The position numbers and the translations under genes were made by a program. From contig OZ360236.1 of assembly GCA_977017645.1 (NCBI GenBank), positions 26,846,001 to 26,910,000 on the forward strand: DNA of 64,000 bases, given 5' to 3'. The notes below the pieces were generated by a model that did no database searches, was not told where the DNA came from, and saw only the letters and a program-made list of their open reading frames with translations. Source of the DNA: Torpedo marmorata (taxonomy: Eukaryota). Shown here piece after piece: positions 12,128 to 23,645 of this stretch. The number at the start of each line of letters is the position of its first letter. Within the stretch, counting starts at the first letter, position 1.

Positions 12128-12430
12128 GCTGTGGTAAACTTAAAATTTTTGAATTTCTTCATCTTGCTTGTTACATTGCTGCAATGCAATATCACTTTCT
12201 TTCTGCATTGTTAATAGCTGAACCTTCAATTTACATTCTTGATTGTTTTATATAATCAACTGTTTTGTGTTATTAACCAATAACTTGATCTCTTTCAATA
12301 ATTAATCTCTTCCTCCATCCTTTTACATTTTGATAATGCTGAATCTCTTTCCTCGATAACTATTTATTTCTTCAGCAGTTATTCTTTTCTTCTGCTTTCT
12401 GACTGCGAATTTTATTTACAATTAAAATCT
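12128..12430 (-). pseudogene. MIPOL1: Degenerate MIPOL1-like coiled-coil coding segment inside BEL copy A
   Basis: Manual translation across frameshifts: KRITAEEIN / VIEERDSALSKCKRMEEEI / LKEIKLLVNNTKQLII*NNQECKLKVQLLTMQKESDIALQQCNKQDEEIQKF*VYHS. Parallels my recollection of MIPOL1 (RITAEEMSALIEERDAALSKCKRLEQEL...ENNQERALKAKLLSMQQARETAVQQYKKLEEEIQTLRVYYS). Not database-verified. Confidence 0.75.
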
Positions 12431-12848
12431 TTCTGTTTAATGTTTTCATGATTATCCAATATTTCCAATTCCTCTTTCAACATTTTGTTCTCTGAATTCA
12501 ATTGCATTAAATTATCATTCACATTCTTTTTTATTCAATCAGCACAATTTTCTGTGTTCTCCAGTTTTACATTACATTGCAGCATTTCTTTATTGACTTT
12601 GTCTGCTGTAAACTCCGAACTAAAAAAATCTACTTTCAAATTTGTTCTCAGTCACTTGTTTTATTCCTGTATCTGATTCAATTATACAGGAATAATCACT
12701 AGTATTATTTGCAACATCTTCTATTACTTCATTTTTATCCATTTCTACTGAAAATAATTCCTTCAATGTTGTTTTAAATACCTTTGATTTATTCTCACAT
12801 TGATTTGTTTTCTTTTCTTCAAAAGTGATTTTCTTATTCACAGTCTTT

Positions 12849-15525
12849 TGCTCTTCCCTTAACTCATCAACTTTCACAACCGAAATCCTGTTAATATTTA
12901 TCGCTAACTGTTCTTGTGCAATATCATTATTTCTTTGCAATGGTCCATTGATTGTCCAACCAAGCTTGGTTCTAACAACGTAAGGTCCATTTCCTCAACT
13001 CCGTATTATTTCTAGTGGTTCCAAAACCTTTGGCACATCTGAACCAATCAGCATTTCTATCTCAGAGTTAACTTCAGGTAAATAAACCTTCCACAGATAA
13101 GACAAATGATGGAAATAATTTTGATGTGGAATCTTTCCTTCGTGCACAGGCATAGTCTTCTGAGTATATAAACTTGGAAGATCACAAAATTTTTTGTCAT
13201 CCAATCCTGCAACCCTTAAGCCTGAAACAATGCTGGTTTCAGCGACCTTTTCTTGTCCCATGGTTTTCAACATAATTCTTGACCTTCTTCCTTGAATATT
13301 AAGTTTGTTTATTAGTCCTTCTGTGCAAAAAGATGCAGTGCTGCCTGGGTCGAGAAATGCATATGTATGTACTGTTACATCCCCTTTCTTGGTCTTGACT
13401 TGTACAGGCACTATTGAAAGTTTGCAGTTATCCACACCAGCCCCGGTAAGATCTCTTGCTGAACCGAGGTTATAACATTGTTTTCTGATGTTTCTGTTTG
13501 CTCCTTTTCCAATTCCTTCTTTCTTTGATGGATATGCAACATTCTAGGATGTTTCAAATTGCATATGTTACAGTTATGTCACTTCTTGCAGTTTTTACTG
13601 ATGTGCCCTTTACACAGACAGCTAAAACATACTCCATTTTCCTTTAAGAAAGCGATCTTCTCATTATTTTCCTTCTTTTCCAACCGTAAACACATTTCCA
13701 AAGCATGTCCACCTTTACAGAACAAACAACTCTTCTCATTAGTCAAACTTTCCTTTTCCTTATTTACTTTATCTTTTTCTTTATTTATAACTGAAACATT
13801 AGTAGCAAAAGTACTCCTTTTCAATTTCGGACTAGGCTGTGAGTTAGACCTCCTTACTTCTTTGTTCCCCATTGAATTGTCTCTGGTATTTCCATATATT
13901 GGATCTGTTTCAATGTACACCTGTTGTTCAAGAAAATTTATCAAGTCATTTAAGGTAGCTCTTTGACCGTAATTTTCTTCTAAGTCACAAGCCAAATTTC
14001 TCCATCTATCCCATAAGTTGTAAGGTAATTTATCTAAGATGATTCACATATTACCAGGCACGTCAAGCTCACGAATATTATCGATATCTTCCATGGCATT
14101 ACAACATCCTCTTAAAAAGAGAGTATATGCTTGTAGAGCCTTTACATTATTCTGTTTTATTGATGTCCATTTAAGAGATTTATCCATATAAGCTAAAGCA
14201 ATTCGATGCTTGTTGCCAAAATGTTGTTCTTGTAAAGACTTAGCTCTGTCTAATCCTCTGAGGACATATGTTGACAACTCTTTACAAGTTCTCTTGGCTG
14301 TCCCTTTGTGAACATTTCCAAATAATAAAGACATTCATCAGAGTCTTGGCATTTATTTTCAATATTGCGTCTAAAAGACTCCATGAACACTTGGTACTGA
14401 AGTGGATCACCATCAAAAGTTTGAATCTCTTTCTTGGGTAAAGAAGAGAGAGACTGTAACTGAATCAATGATGCAGCAATTTCATTTTGTCTTCCTATGG
14501 ATGACAATACATTGCTCTGTTCACCGCCTCTTGTTACAGGTAATGTATCTGGAAACCTCACTGGTGTAGTTTCTTCCATATTTCTGATGTTTGACTCAAA
14601 TAACAAGGAAGCTGCATCGTTTGACAGCACCAAAGCCGCAGCTTTGTCTTCGGATGTTACCACTGGTACATGTGACTCGATAACACCATGCTCTTGAAGG
14701 ATTTGTCCTTGTATTTGCAAGTCTTGTATCCTTGGTACTAAAATATTTACCTTTTTGGTTGGTTTCTTTTCCTGTGGCTCCTTTTTAAAATATAACTTCT
14801 TATCATCGCACACTTTAGATAATTTACTCTGAGCACCAGATACCATTGAGCCTTTTGGTACCTTTTTTTTTGCCCTGGCAATAGTAATGTTTGCTTCCAG
14901 CTCCTGCTGCTCCTTTCTCTTGCCTTAGCTGCCGCTTTAGCTGCTCCTCCTTTTGCCTTAGCTGCTCCTCCTGTCCTTCTAAAATATGTTTATCTTTAAG
15001 CGTTTTTTGTTGCGCAAGAAGAGTGGTCAAGTCAACTTCACCCTTTGTACGTGACGATGCAGAACCTGAAGTACGAGAAACTCTGGAGCTCGAACCAGAA
15101 CTTTGTTTGCTTCTCCTGCTTTCAACATTTGAGACAATGTCACATGCTTATATTTCATCCTTCAGGTCAGATGTTGTCTTCTTACTTGCCTCCTTCACCA
15201 ATTCGAATTGTACATCCTTTACATCTTCATCCTCTTTGTTTTCTTCATCATTTGGTGATACATTTTCGGTCGTTTCCATGATACTGTCTTCATGTTCAGT
15301 CATTGTCTTTTGCAATGAGTTTGCAATGTCTTCATTCCCATCAATTGAAGCCGCCTGTTCTTCCTTTGCCAACTTCAGTCTTGCAAAGAGAACATTTTTA
15401 TTTCCACTTGTATCTAGTTTCAGTCACTTCAATTCTTCTTTGAGCTCCACAACCTTCACGTCTTCAATACATTGTTCCTCAATAGCAACATCAGCGGCTG
15501 CTGCGCCAGCTGCTGCTGCGGCCAT
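12849..15525 (-). pseudogene. BEL copy A gag-protease, frameshifted
   Basis: ORF fragments 15148-15372, 14250-14846, 14044-14334, 13579-13995 (CLFCKGGHALEMC, CFSCLCKGHISKNC), 12995-13435 (LDPGS). Confidence 0.9.
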
Positions 15526-15981
15526 TTTACTCGTCTTGTTCCACCGTCCTTTGAGCATACACAACACTAGCCAAATCAACAGTCCCCAATGGACCAGCGG
15601 CAGCAAATCCAATCTGTGTTCAAACTTGCCAAAGACACACAGAAGGAGTCCACAGACTTATGCCCACCACTTCAGATGACTGTAATGTGCTGCTATTCAC
15701 AAACGAGCTTCCATCACAGCATCCGTCAATAATATCGCTGATTTTCAAGAAATGGTTTTTCCAACATATTTATAGGACACTTTACTATAAGATTTGAAGC
15801 TCTATATCCCTCTCTGGCTGTTACTCATGGCAGATGGATGTGGATTACAAACTGCCCCTAACTCGAGGCATCTCCAAGATGGCCACCATTTTAAAAATTA
15901 TCTGTCCAAAGCACAGAGAGATTATTCTATCTTCTTTCCTTCAATTTTATGTTCCAAACAATAAACTTTCATTGACTAAAA

Positions 15982-16524
15982 TATAGTGACTTGGAGGCTA
16001 GGTGAGATACCCGTTCATGACGCATTTCAATTAATTTACTACCAAGTCCAATAGGTTCAAAAAACGTTATTTACACACGATGACTTGAAGCAATCTTCAA
16101 TGACTTAAATACCTTCTTTAATGAAATATAAACAATTCTTGATAACGATGTTTAATAACGATTCTTTAAGACGTCTTTAAACTTCCTTTAAAACGATTCT
16201 TTATAAATCACTTTAAATGTTCAATGAAAGCTATGGCGATCTCACTCACCCTCCTCTAGGTCACCATATTCTTATATACTTCTTCTCTGATTAATGCGCA
16301 TGCTCCACCGCGCATAATCCATCGCACATGCTCCACCGCGCATACTCCACCGCGCATACTCCACCCACTTCCACACTGCGCATGCGCCACTCGGCACTCC
16401 TGCGCATGCACAGAGTACTCAATAGGCTTAGCATGGCCTACTAATCTCCGTAACTCCTCCGAAACCCGCTGGATACATCGGAACGCCGCGATGAAGGTAA
16501 GTAACCAAGTCGCTGGCTCTTACA
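15982..16524 (-). repeat. BEL copy A 5' LTR
   Basis: Begins TGTAAGAGC on the minus strand and ends GTCACTATA. Has a ~21-bp deletion near its end and extra ccaccgcgcatact units relative to the 3' LTR. Confidence 0.92.
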
Positions 16525-18173
16525 TTAGTGATAAAAGTAGAGAAGCAAATAACATTCTATTGTATTTGTTGATAATTCAGCAATGCTAAAGCTGATTGTG
16601 AAGAACAACAGAAACTCCATATTTGGCAAAGACAGAAAGAGACTATTTACGAAAGTAAATCACGAATATCTGTAGACACCGTGCTTGAAGTAAAAAAACA
16701 CAAATGCTGGAGAAGCTTAGCAGGTCAAACAGTGTCTTTTATGTAGCAAAGGTAGAAATACATAACCGACATTTCGGGCCTGAGCCCTTCATCAAAGCAT
16801 GAGAAAATGCCGGCAGGCATCCGAACAAACGAGTGAGGGGGGGAAGGCGGGGGGTGGCAAAGGCAGGAGATGATAGGTGGAGAAAGGAGGGAGGGGACAG
16901 CAGCAAAGAGCGGGAGGAGGGATGGCTGGGAGGGTGGAAAAAACTGGAAGGACAGGTAAGGGGGGAGGGGAAGGAAAAGGCAAGCAGGTTTAGTAGAAAG
17001 CAGAAAAGTCAATGTTAATGCCATCTGGCTGGAGAGTGCCCAGATGGAAAATAAGATGTTGTTCCTCCAATTTGCTGGTGGTCTGGGTGTAATAGTACAT
17101 AAGGCCATGGGCAGACAGATGAGTGTGGGAGTGTGACTCGGAATTGAAACAGTTGGCTACTGGGAGGCCGCTGTTGTTGCGGACGGAGAGGAGGTGCTCA
17201 GCGAAGCGATCTCCCAATCTACGACCGGTCTCTCCGATGCAGAGAATGCCACAAAGGGAGCACCGGATGCAGTAAATAAGTTCTCTGAATGTACAAGTGA
17301 AGTGTTGCTTCACTTGAAAGGCCTGTTTGGGGCCCCGGACCGTGGTGAAGGAGGAGGTGTGGGTGCAAGTGTTGCACCTCCTGCGGACACAGAGGAAGGT
17401 GCCAGGGGTCCGATGGGTGGGGAGGGATGAGTGCACGAGGGAATCACGGAGGGAGCGGTCCCTGCGGAAGGCCGAGAGGGGAGGAGAATGAAAAATGTGT
17501 CTGGTGGAGTGATCCTGTAGTAAGTGCCGGAAATTCCGGCGGATAATGTGTTGGATGCGGAGGCTGGTGGGGTGGTAGGTGAGGATGAGGGGGGGTTCTA
17601 TGTTTGTTGCATCTGGGGGCAGAGGGGGCCAGGACAGATTAGCGGGAAATGGACAAGATGCGGGTGAGGGCTGAGTTGATGGTGGTGGAGGGGAAGCCAC
17701 GTTTGTGGAAGAAGGCAGACATTTCAGAAGATCTGGACTGGAAGATCTCATCTTGAAAACAGATGCGGTGGAGACGGAGAAATTGAGAGAAGGGGATGGA
17801 ATCCTTGCAGGGGACAGGGTATGAGCAGGTGTAGTCCAGATAGTTGTGGGAGTTGGAGGGTTTGTAGTATTGATGAGCCCATCAATAACTTCAAAAGACT
17901 AGAAGTTACACAAGAACTAAAAGGCTGGGGGAGGAACGGTGGCACAATGGCCTTTATTCAGGGGGTCTGTGGGAGGAGCCACCGGGACAGTCAGCTGAGG
18001 GCATGTCCAGACATATCACCCAGCCACAACCTATACATGGTGGTTTACCACATTCACCCCTCCTTTTTAAAAGCATCCAGCGGGGTGAAGGGTATAACAA
18101 TATTTACAAAGAATTAAAATTACAAATCGAGTAGATCAGGCGGTCGAGTCCGACGCTGTGATCGGCACAGTAC

Positions 18174-21100
18174 TTATGGTGATGGGGCACGTAGCGGTGC
18201 TGCCTCCTGCCTGATTTGGAGAACCAGCATGTCTGGCATTCGCGAAACCTCGGGTGAACATGCCGGTACGTTTGGTGTCATGTCTGAATTGGGTGGTGCC
18301 TCTTGTGTGTCCTTAATGGTAGGTACGGGGGTAACAGTAACTACGGAGTGTTCGAGGGCGGCGGCGGGTCCCAGTGCTCCTGCGGGCGCCAGGTCCCGGA
18401 TGGAGACCGTGTCTTCCCGCCCATCAGGAAAAACCACGTAGGAGTACTGGGGGTTCGCGTGTAATAATTGAACCCTCTCGACCATCGGGGCGTATTTATT
18501 GCTCCTGACATGTTTCCGGAGCAGCACTGGCCCTGAGGACGTCAGCCATGCTGGTAGGGTAGTCCCGGTGGTCTACTTTCTGGGGAAGGAAAAGAGTCTC
18601 TCATGAGGTGTAGCATTGGTGGATGTGCATAGCAGGGATCGGATGGAGTGGAGTGCCTCGGGAAGGACTTCTTGCCAGCGGGAGACTGGTAATCCCTTAG
18701 ACCTGAGGTCTAAGAGTGTGGTGTTCCAGACCGTGGCGTTCTCCCTCTCCACTTGTCCATTGCCCAGTGGTCCTGCTAGTCGCGATACCCCTGGCCAGCA
18801 GATATTGGCACTCGTCACTCATAAACGAGGACCGTCGGTCACTATGGATATAGCAGGGGTATCCAAACAATGTGAAGAGTTTGTGGAGGGATTTTATGAC
18901 TGAGGTGGCAGTGGTATCGGGGCAGGGAATGGCGAAAGGGAACCGCGAGTACTCATCAATGACGTTGAGGAAGTACACATTGCGGTCGGTGGAGGGAAGG
19001 GGGCCCTCAAAGTCGACGTTTAGTTGCTCAAATGGGCGGGTTGCTTTTATCAACTGTGCCTTGTCAGGATGGTAGAAGTGCGGTTTGCACTCTGCACAGA
19101 CTTGGCAGCTGCCGGTCATCGTCCTGACCTCTTCCAGGGAGTACGGCAGGTTACGGGCTTCACAAAGTGAAAAAGCCTGGTGACTCCGGGGTGGCAGAGG
19201 TCACAGTGGAGGGCATATAACCGGTCGATCTGTGCGCTAGCGCACGTCCCCCGGGATAGAGCTTCGGAGGGCTCATTGAGCTTCCCGGGCTGGTACATTA
19301 TATCATAGTTGTAGGTGGAGAGTTTGATTCTCCACCTCAGGATTTTATCATTTTTGATTTTACCCCGCTGCTGGTTGCTGAACATGAATGCGACTGAGCT
19401 TTGGTCAGTCAGCAGGGTAAACCTTTTGCTGGCGAGATAGTGCCTCCAGTGCCTGATAGCTTCCACTATGGCTTTGGCCTCTTTCTCCACCGCTGAGTGC
19501 CGAATTTCTGGACCTTGAAGGGTACGGGAGAAGAACGCCACAGGTCTTCCTGCCTGGTTGAGGGTAGCAGCCAGTGCGAAGTCGGACGCGTCACTCTCTA
19601 CTTGAAAGGGAGTGGACTCGTCCACTGCGTGCATTGCTGCTCTGGCAATGTCCCCTTTTATGAGGCTGAAAGCCTCAAGTGCCTCCTCTGCAAATGGAAA
19701 AGTGGTGGACTTGAATAGGGAGCGGGCCTTGTCCGCATAATTAGGGACCCATTGAGCATGGTAAGAAAAGAAGCTCAAGCACCTTTTGAGGGCTCTGAAG
19801 GTGTGGGGAAGCGGTAGTTCCAACAGGGGGCGCATGCGGTCGGGGTCGGGACCGATGACAACACACCCCAGCATTACGAGTCGGGTGGTTCCGAACACGC
19901 ACTTATCCTTGTTATAGGTGAGGTTAAGTGCTTTGGCCGCCTGGATGAACTTCCGAAGATTGTTATCGTGGTCCTGCCGGTCGTGACCGCAGATAGTGAT
20001 GTTATCTTGGTATGGAAAAGTGGCCTTTAATTTGCATTGGTCCACCATCCTGTCCATCTCCCTCTGGAAGACAGATACCCCATTTGTGACCCCAAAGGGG
20101 ACATGCAGGAAATGATAGAGTCTGCCGTCCGCCTTGAAGGCTGTATAGGGGCGGTCCTCCCGGTGAATGGGGAACTGGTGGTAGGCAGATTTGAGGTCTA
20201 TGGTGGAGAATAGCTTATATTGGGCTATCTGGTTCACCATATCTGTGATGCGTGGTAGAGGGTATGCGTCAAGCTGTGTAAACCTATTGACGGTCTGGCT
20301 ATAATCTACCACCATCCTGCTTTTCTCCCCGTTCTTGACTACCACCACCTGGGCCCTCCAGGGACTCGTGCTCACCTCGATGATCCCTTCCCCAAATAAT
20401 CACTGCACCTCTGACTTAATGAATGCCCTGTCCCCTGTGCTGTATCTCCTGCTTTTGGTTGCCACGGGTTTACAATCAGGGGTCAGATTGGCGAACAGTG
20501 TTGGGGGCGGGATCTTGAGTGTGGATAGACCGCAAGTAGTGTGGTGTGACAAAATATTTCTGCCGTTTTTAAGAAATTGGTGATTACCGACAGTAATTGG
20601 TGGGAGGGGCCCATCATACTCCATAGTCACACTTTGGAGGTGACTCTGGAAGTCAAGGCCCAGTAGTACAGGTGCACACAGTCGGGGCATGACCAATAGC
20701 GTGAAGTCCCGATATTCAGTGTCATGCACCACTAGCGTCGCTACACAACCACCCCGGATGTCTGTTGTTTGCGACTCGGAAGCCATGGCAACCCTCTGGC
20801 TTACTGGCTCTGTCTTGAGGCCACATAGCTGTACCGTGTCAGGGTGGATGAAGCTCTCTGTGCTGACTGTGTCAAACAGGCAGTTTGTTCTGTGTCCATC
20901 GACCAGGATGTCCATCATCGACCTCGCGAGTTTGTGGGGTGCACTCTGATCGAGTGTAACTGACGCCAATGTTGAGTCGCTGTCTTGATCCGATGCGATG
21001 GAGTGCCTGCTGTCCCGGGATGGCGGCACCCTGCGTCGGCGCGATGGCGTGGAACAAAATGACCGCTCCCATGACTCGCACGTGTTGGCCGCGGGTAAGT

Positions 21101-21991
21101 AAGATGGCGGGGACGGAAGTGACGACACGCAAGATGGCCACCCCCATAACTCGCACGTGTTGGCCGCGGGTAAGTAAGATGATGGCGACGGAAGTGATGA
21201 CACACAAGATGGCCGCCCCCAAGCCTAGCACGTGGCGGTGCTCGATCCCGCTCGCGGTTTAGATCTACAGACCTTAGCGAAACTGCCTTTCTTCCCGCAG
21301 CTGGAGCAGGTCGCTTCTCGGGCCGGGCAACATTTCCGGGTTGCTTTTCAAGTCCGCAGAAGTAGCATTTCTCGGACTCGCGGCTGACGGCTGCTGTAGT
21401 CGATTCACCGGCATGGTGTGGGGTCTACGGTATCCATGGAGCCCGCGGGAGATCACGCGCCTGTATAGCATCAGAGTTCTGTAGCGCGGCCTCAAGTGTA
21501 TCGGCCAGCTCGATCGCGGAACGGAAGGTGAGGTCAGCTTGTTCCAGCAGCAGCTGGTGCACATACACTGACCTGGTCCCCGTAACAAAAGCGTCTCTTA
21601 CTAAGAGGTCTGCGTGTTGTTCGGCCGTCAGTCCCTGGCAGTTGCAGGCCCGCACGAGTGTTTGTAGGGCCCGTACAAACTCTGCGCTCGACTCCCCGGG
21701 CCACTGCTGCCGCGTCGCTAGCCTGTGTCTCACATATACAGTATTAACAGGCCGTATATACTGCCTTTTAAGGGCATTCATAACGTGTTCATAAGTCTGC
21801 AGATCTCGGATTATGGAGTAGACTCGAGGGCTTACCCTAGAGAGGAGGACCTTGCATTTTGCAGCTTCTTCTTGTACTTTGATCTCCTCCAGGAACGACT
21901 CAAAACAGGTTAGCCAGAGTTCGAAAGCATTGCCAGCCTTTGGTGTTTGTGGATCGAGGTCCAGTTTGTCTGGTCTCAAGACATTCTCCAT
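18174..21991 (-). pseudogene. Gypsy gag-pol, multiply frameshifted
   Basis: ORF fragments 21425-21991 (gag), 20400-21203 (PR), 19116-20375 (RT/RH), 18697-19119, 18573-18818 and 18174-18527 (IN). Confidence 0.92.
21065..21220. repeat. 75-bp tandem duplication in the Gypsy gag-protease linker
   Basis: ctcgcacgtgttggccgcgggtaagtaagatg at about 21075 and 21150; translates as a 25-aa repeat. Confidence 0.9.
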
Positions 21992-23069
21992 GCTTACAAT
22001 TTTGCCAATAAAATTGATGAGCCCATCAATAACTTCAAAAGACTAGAAGTTACACAAGAACTGAAAGGCTTTTATTGGCAAAAGAATGGAGCTACATTCG
22101 TGCTGGTGATCTGTCCCGGACTGGGGGAGGAGCAGCGGCACAATGGCCTTTATTCAGGGGGTCTGTGGGAGGAGCCACCAGGACAGTCAGCAGAGGGCAT
22201 GTCCAGACATATCACCCAGCCCACAACCTATACATAGTGGTTTACCACAAGTATATGTCGAAAGCTTGTCTCCTGAGATGGAGACAGAGAGATCCAGAAA
22301 GGGGAGACTGTTATCGGAGATGGACCAGGTGAGTTTGAGATCGAGGTGGAAGTTGGACGCGAAGTGGATGAGGTTGACGAGCTCATCGCGGGTGGATGAG
22401 GCAGCCCCGATGTCGTCGTCGATATTTTTCCAGATAGTTGTGGTAAGGGACATGACCTGGTCTAACGAATCCCAAGAAACATCCGAAGAAACATGTACTT
22501 ATATGGAAAAGTCTGTTTGAATGTTCTGGAAAGCTGGAAGTTTGTCTGTAAAACTATGCAACTAGTGAGCATGATGGTGAGACTAGTTGCATGTGGCTGT
22601 GCCTCTTGCTGTAACAGAGTTCTCATGCTTCACAAAGCAATAATAAATTACGGTGAAATTTGTAACCGTATTTTGTTCGTTTGTCAAGTAATCTCAGGTC
22701 CACTTTCACATGTAGACCAAGTAAATATCTGAGGATTGGAGGCTATGAGCCTTGGCTTTTGGAAGGGTTGAGTAAAACCTGGAACAGGTAAAACAAGATG
22801 CAGGGGTTGACTTTAAAGTCAAATTTCCTGTCATCCAGTATAACTTCAATGTAATGGTAAATTGGGGAAGAGCTTTGAGAACAAGTAATTTTGGAACCAC
22901 TTTTTCTACCACAACCATAATTGACAATTGCTCTTTGTGGGTTTTTTATTTAACAGAAGCCAACAACAAAACTTTGGTCACTGGACTTTGAAGACAGTGG
23001 ACATAAAGCTAGTTGAGAAGAACACTAGACTTTGAAATTATTGTAAAATGGGGAGACAAGACCATATGG

Positions 23070-23645
23070 TGTTGTGTTCAGAATAGGTTCGACGGATTCA
23101 AAGAGAATCAAGGCTGGACATGTGTTATTAACAAATAGTTGTCTTTATTTACACACAGGGTAATTCACAAAAATAACTACATTTCGGGTGCAAATAAATC
23201 ACTGCTAAACATTCTCAACTACTGATTTAGAACACAGTACCCACCAACCCTCTCTATCTCTAGCAATCACAGCACACTAATAAACAGTAAATTAATTACA
23301 ACGAACAAGTATATCAAATGAACCTGGTCTCCAGCATCACCCACAGCTCCAGATCCTGGATGGGCCCATCGTGACCTGTAGTTCAGTGATGGTTTTGAGG
23401 CAGCAGCAAAAAGAGATCCAGCAGGCTGCAGAGCCCACCCACATGACCTGCGAGGACCAATCGCGTGTCAGCATCAAATGTGGGCAGATCTAACCATTGA
23501 TTGGCACCTGGAGGACCAATCACACATCAGCTGCAAGACCAATTACGCATTAGCCTCACGTGGGCAGATCTAACCCTTGATTGACAGGTGAGGTCACTTC
23601 CAATCTCTTGCCTGCTGGAGTGGTTCACGTGACCCTCCCATTACA
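23070..23645 (-). mobile_element. Probable solo LTR
   Basis: TG...CA ends; flanks tatgg/tttgg (4/5 TSD match); minus-strand AATAAA near 23145; internal direct repeats with CCAAT boxes (ggaccaatc, gtgggcagatctaacc twice). Confidence 0.6.

Larger units (their letters stand above)
11041..16524 (-). mobile_element. BEL/Pao LTR retrotransposon copy A: gag and protease only, pol replaced by foreign sequence
   Basis: LTRs 11041-11562 and 15982-16524. Near-TSD gtagt/ttagt. Gag (FDGDPLQY, Cys/His knuckles) and protease (YAFLDPGS) are colinear with copy B down to about 12849. Confidence 0.93.
17871..22249 (-). mobile_element. Ty3/Gypsy LTR retrotransposon, full length, degenerate
   Basis: TG...CA LTRs 17871-18052 and 22015-22249. 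Exact 5-bp TSD agtat (17866-17870, 22250-22254). PPT at 18053-18065. Domain order gag, PR, RT (IDLKSAYHQ, PFGVTN), RH (DASD), IN (H-H-C-C, DEYSRF). Confidence 0.96.
16655..22425 (-). mobile_element. Penelope-like element (end of RT, GIY-YIG, pLTR), split by a Gypsy insertion
   Basis: IDD motif near 22420; ORF 16990-17751 ends with GIY-YIG (LIYCIRCSLCGILCIGETGRRLGDRFAEH); pLTR with hammerhead motif at 16761-16801. Confidence 0.92.

Noticed and set aside
14891-15679. 262-aa plus-strand Ser-rich ORF
   Set aside because: Antisense shadow of the low-complexity BEL gag N-terminus; not preserved as one ORF in copy B.
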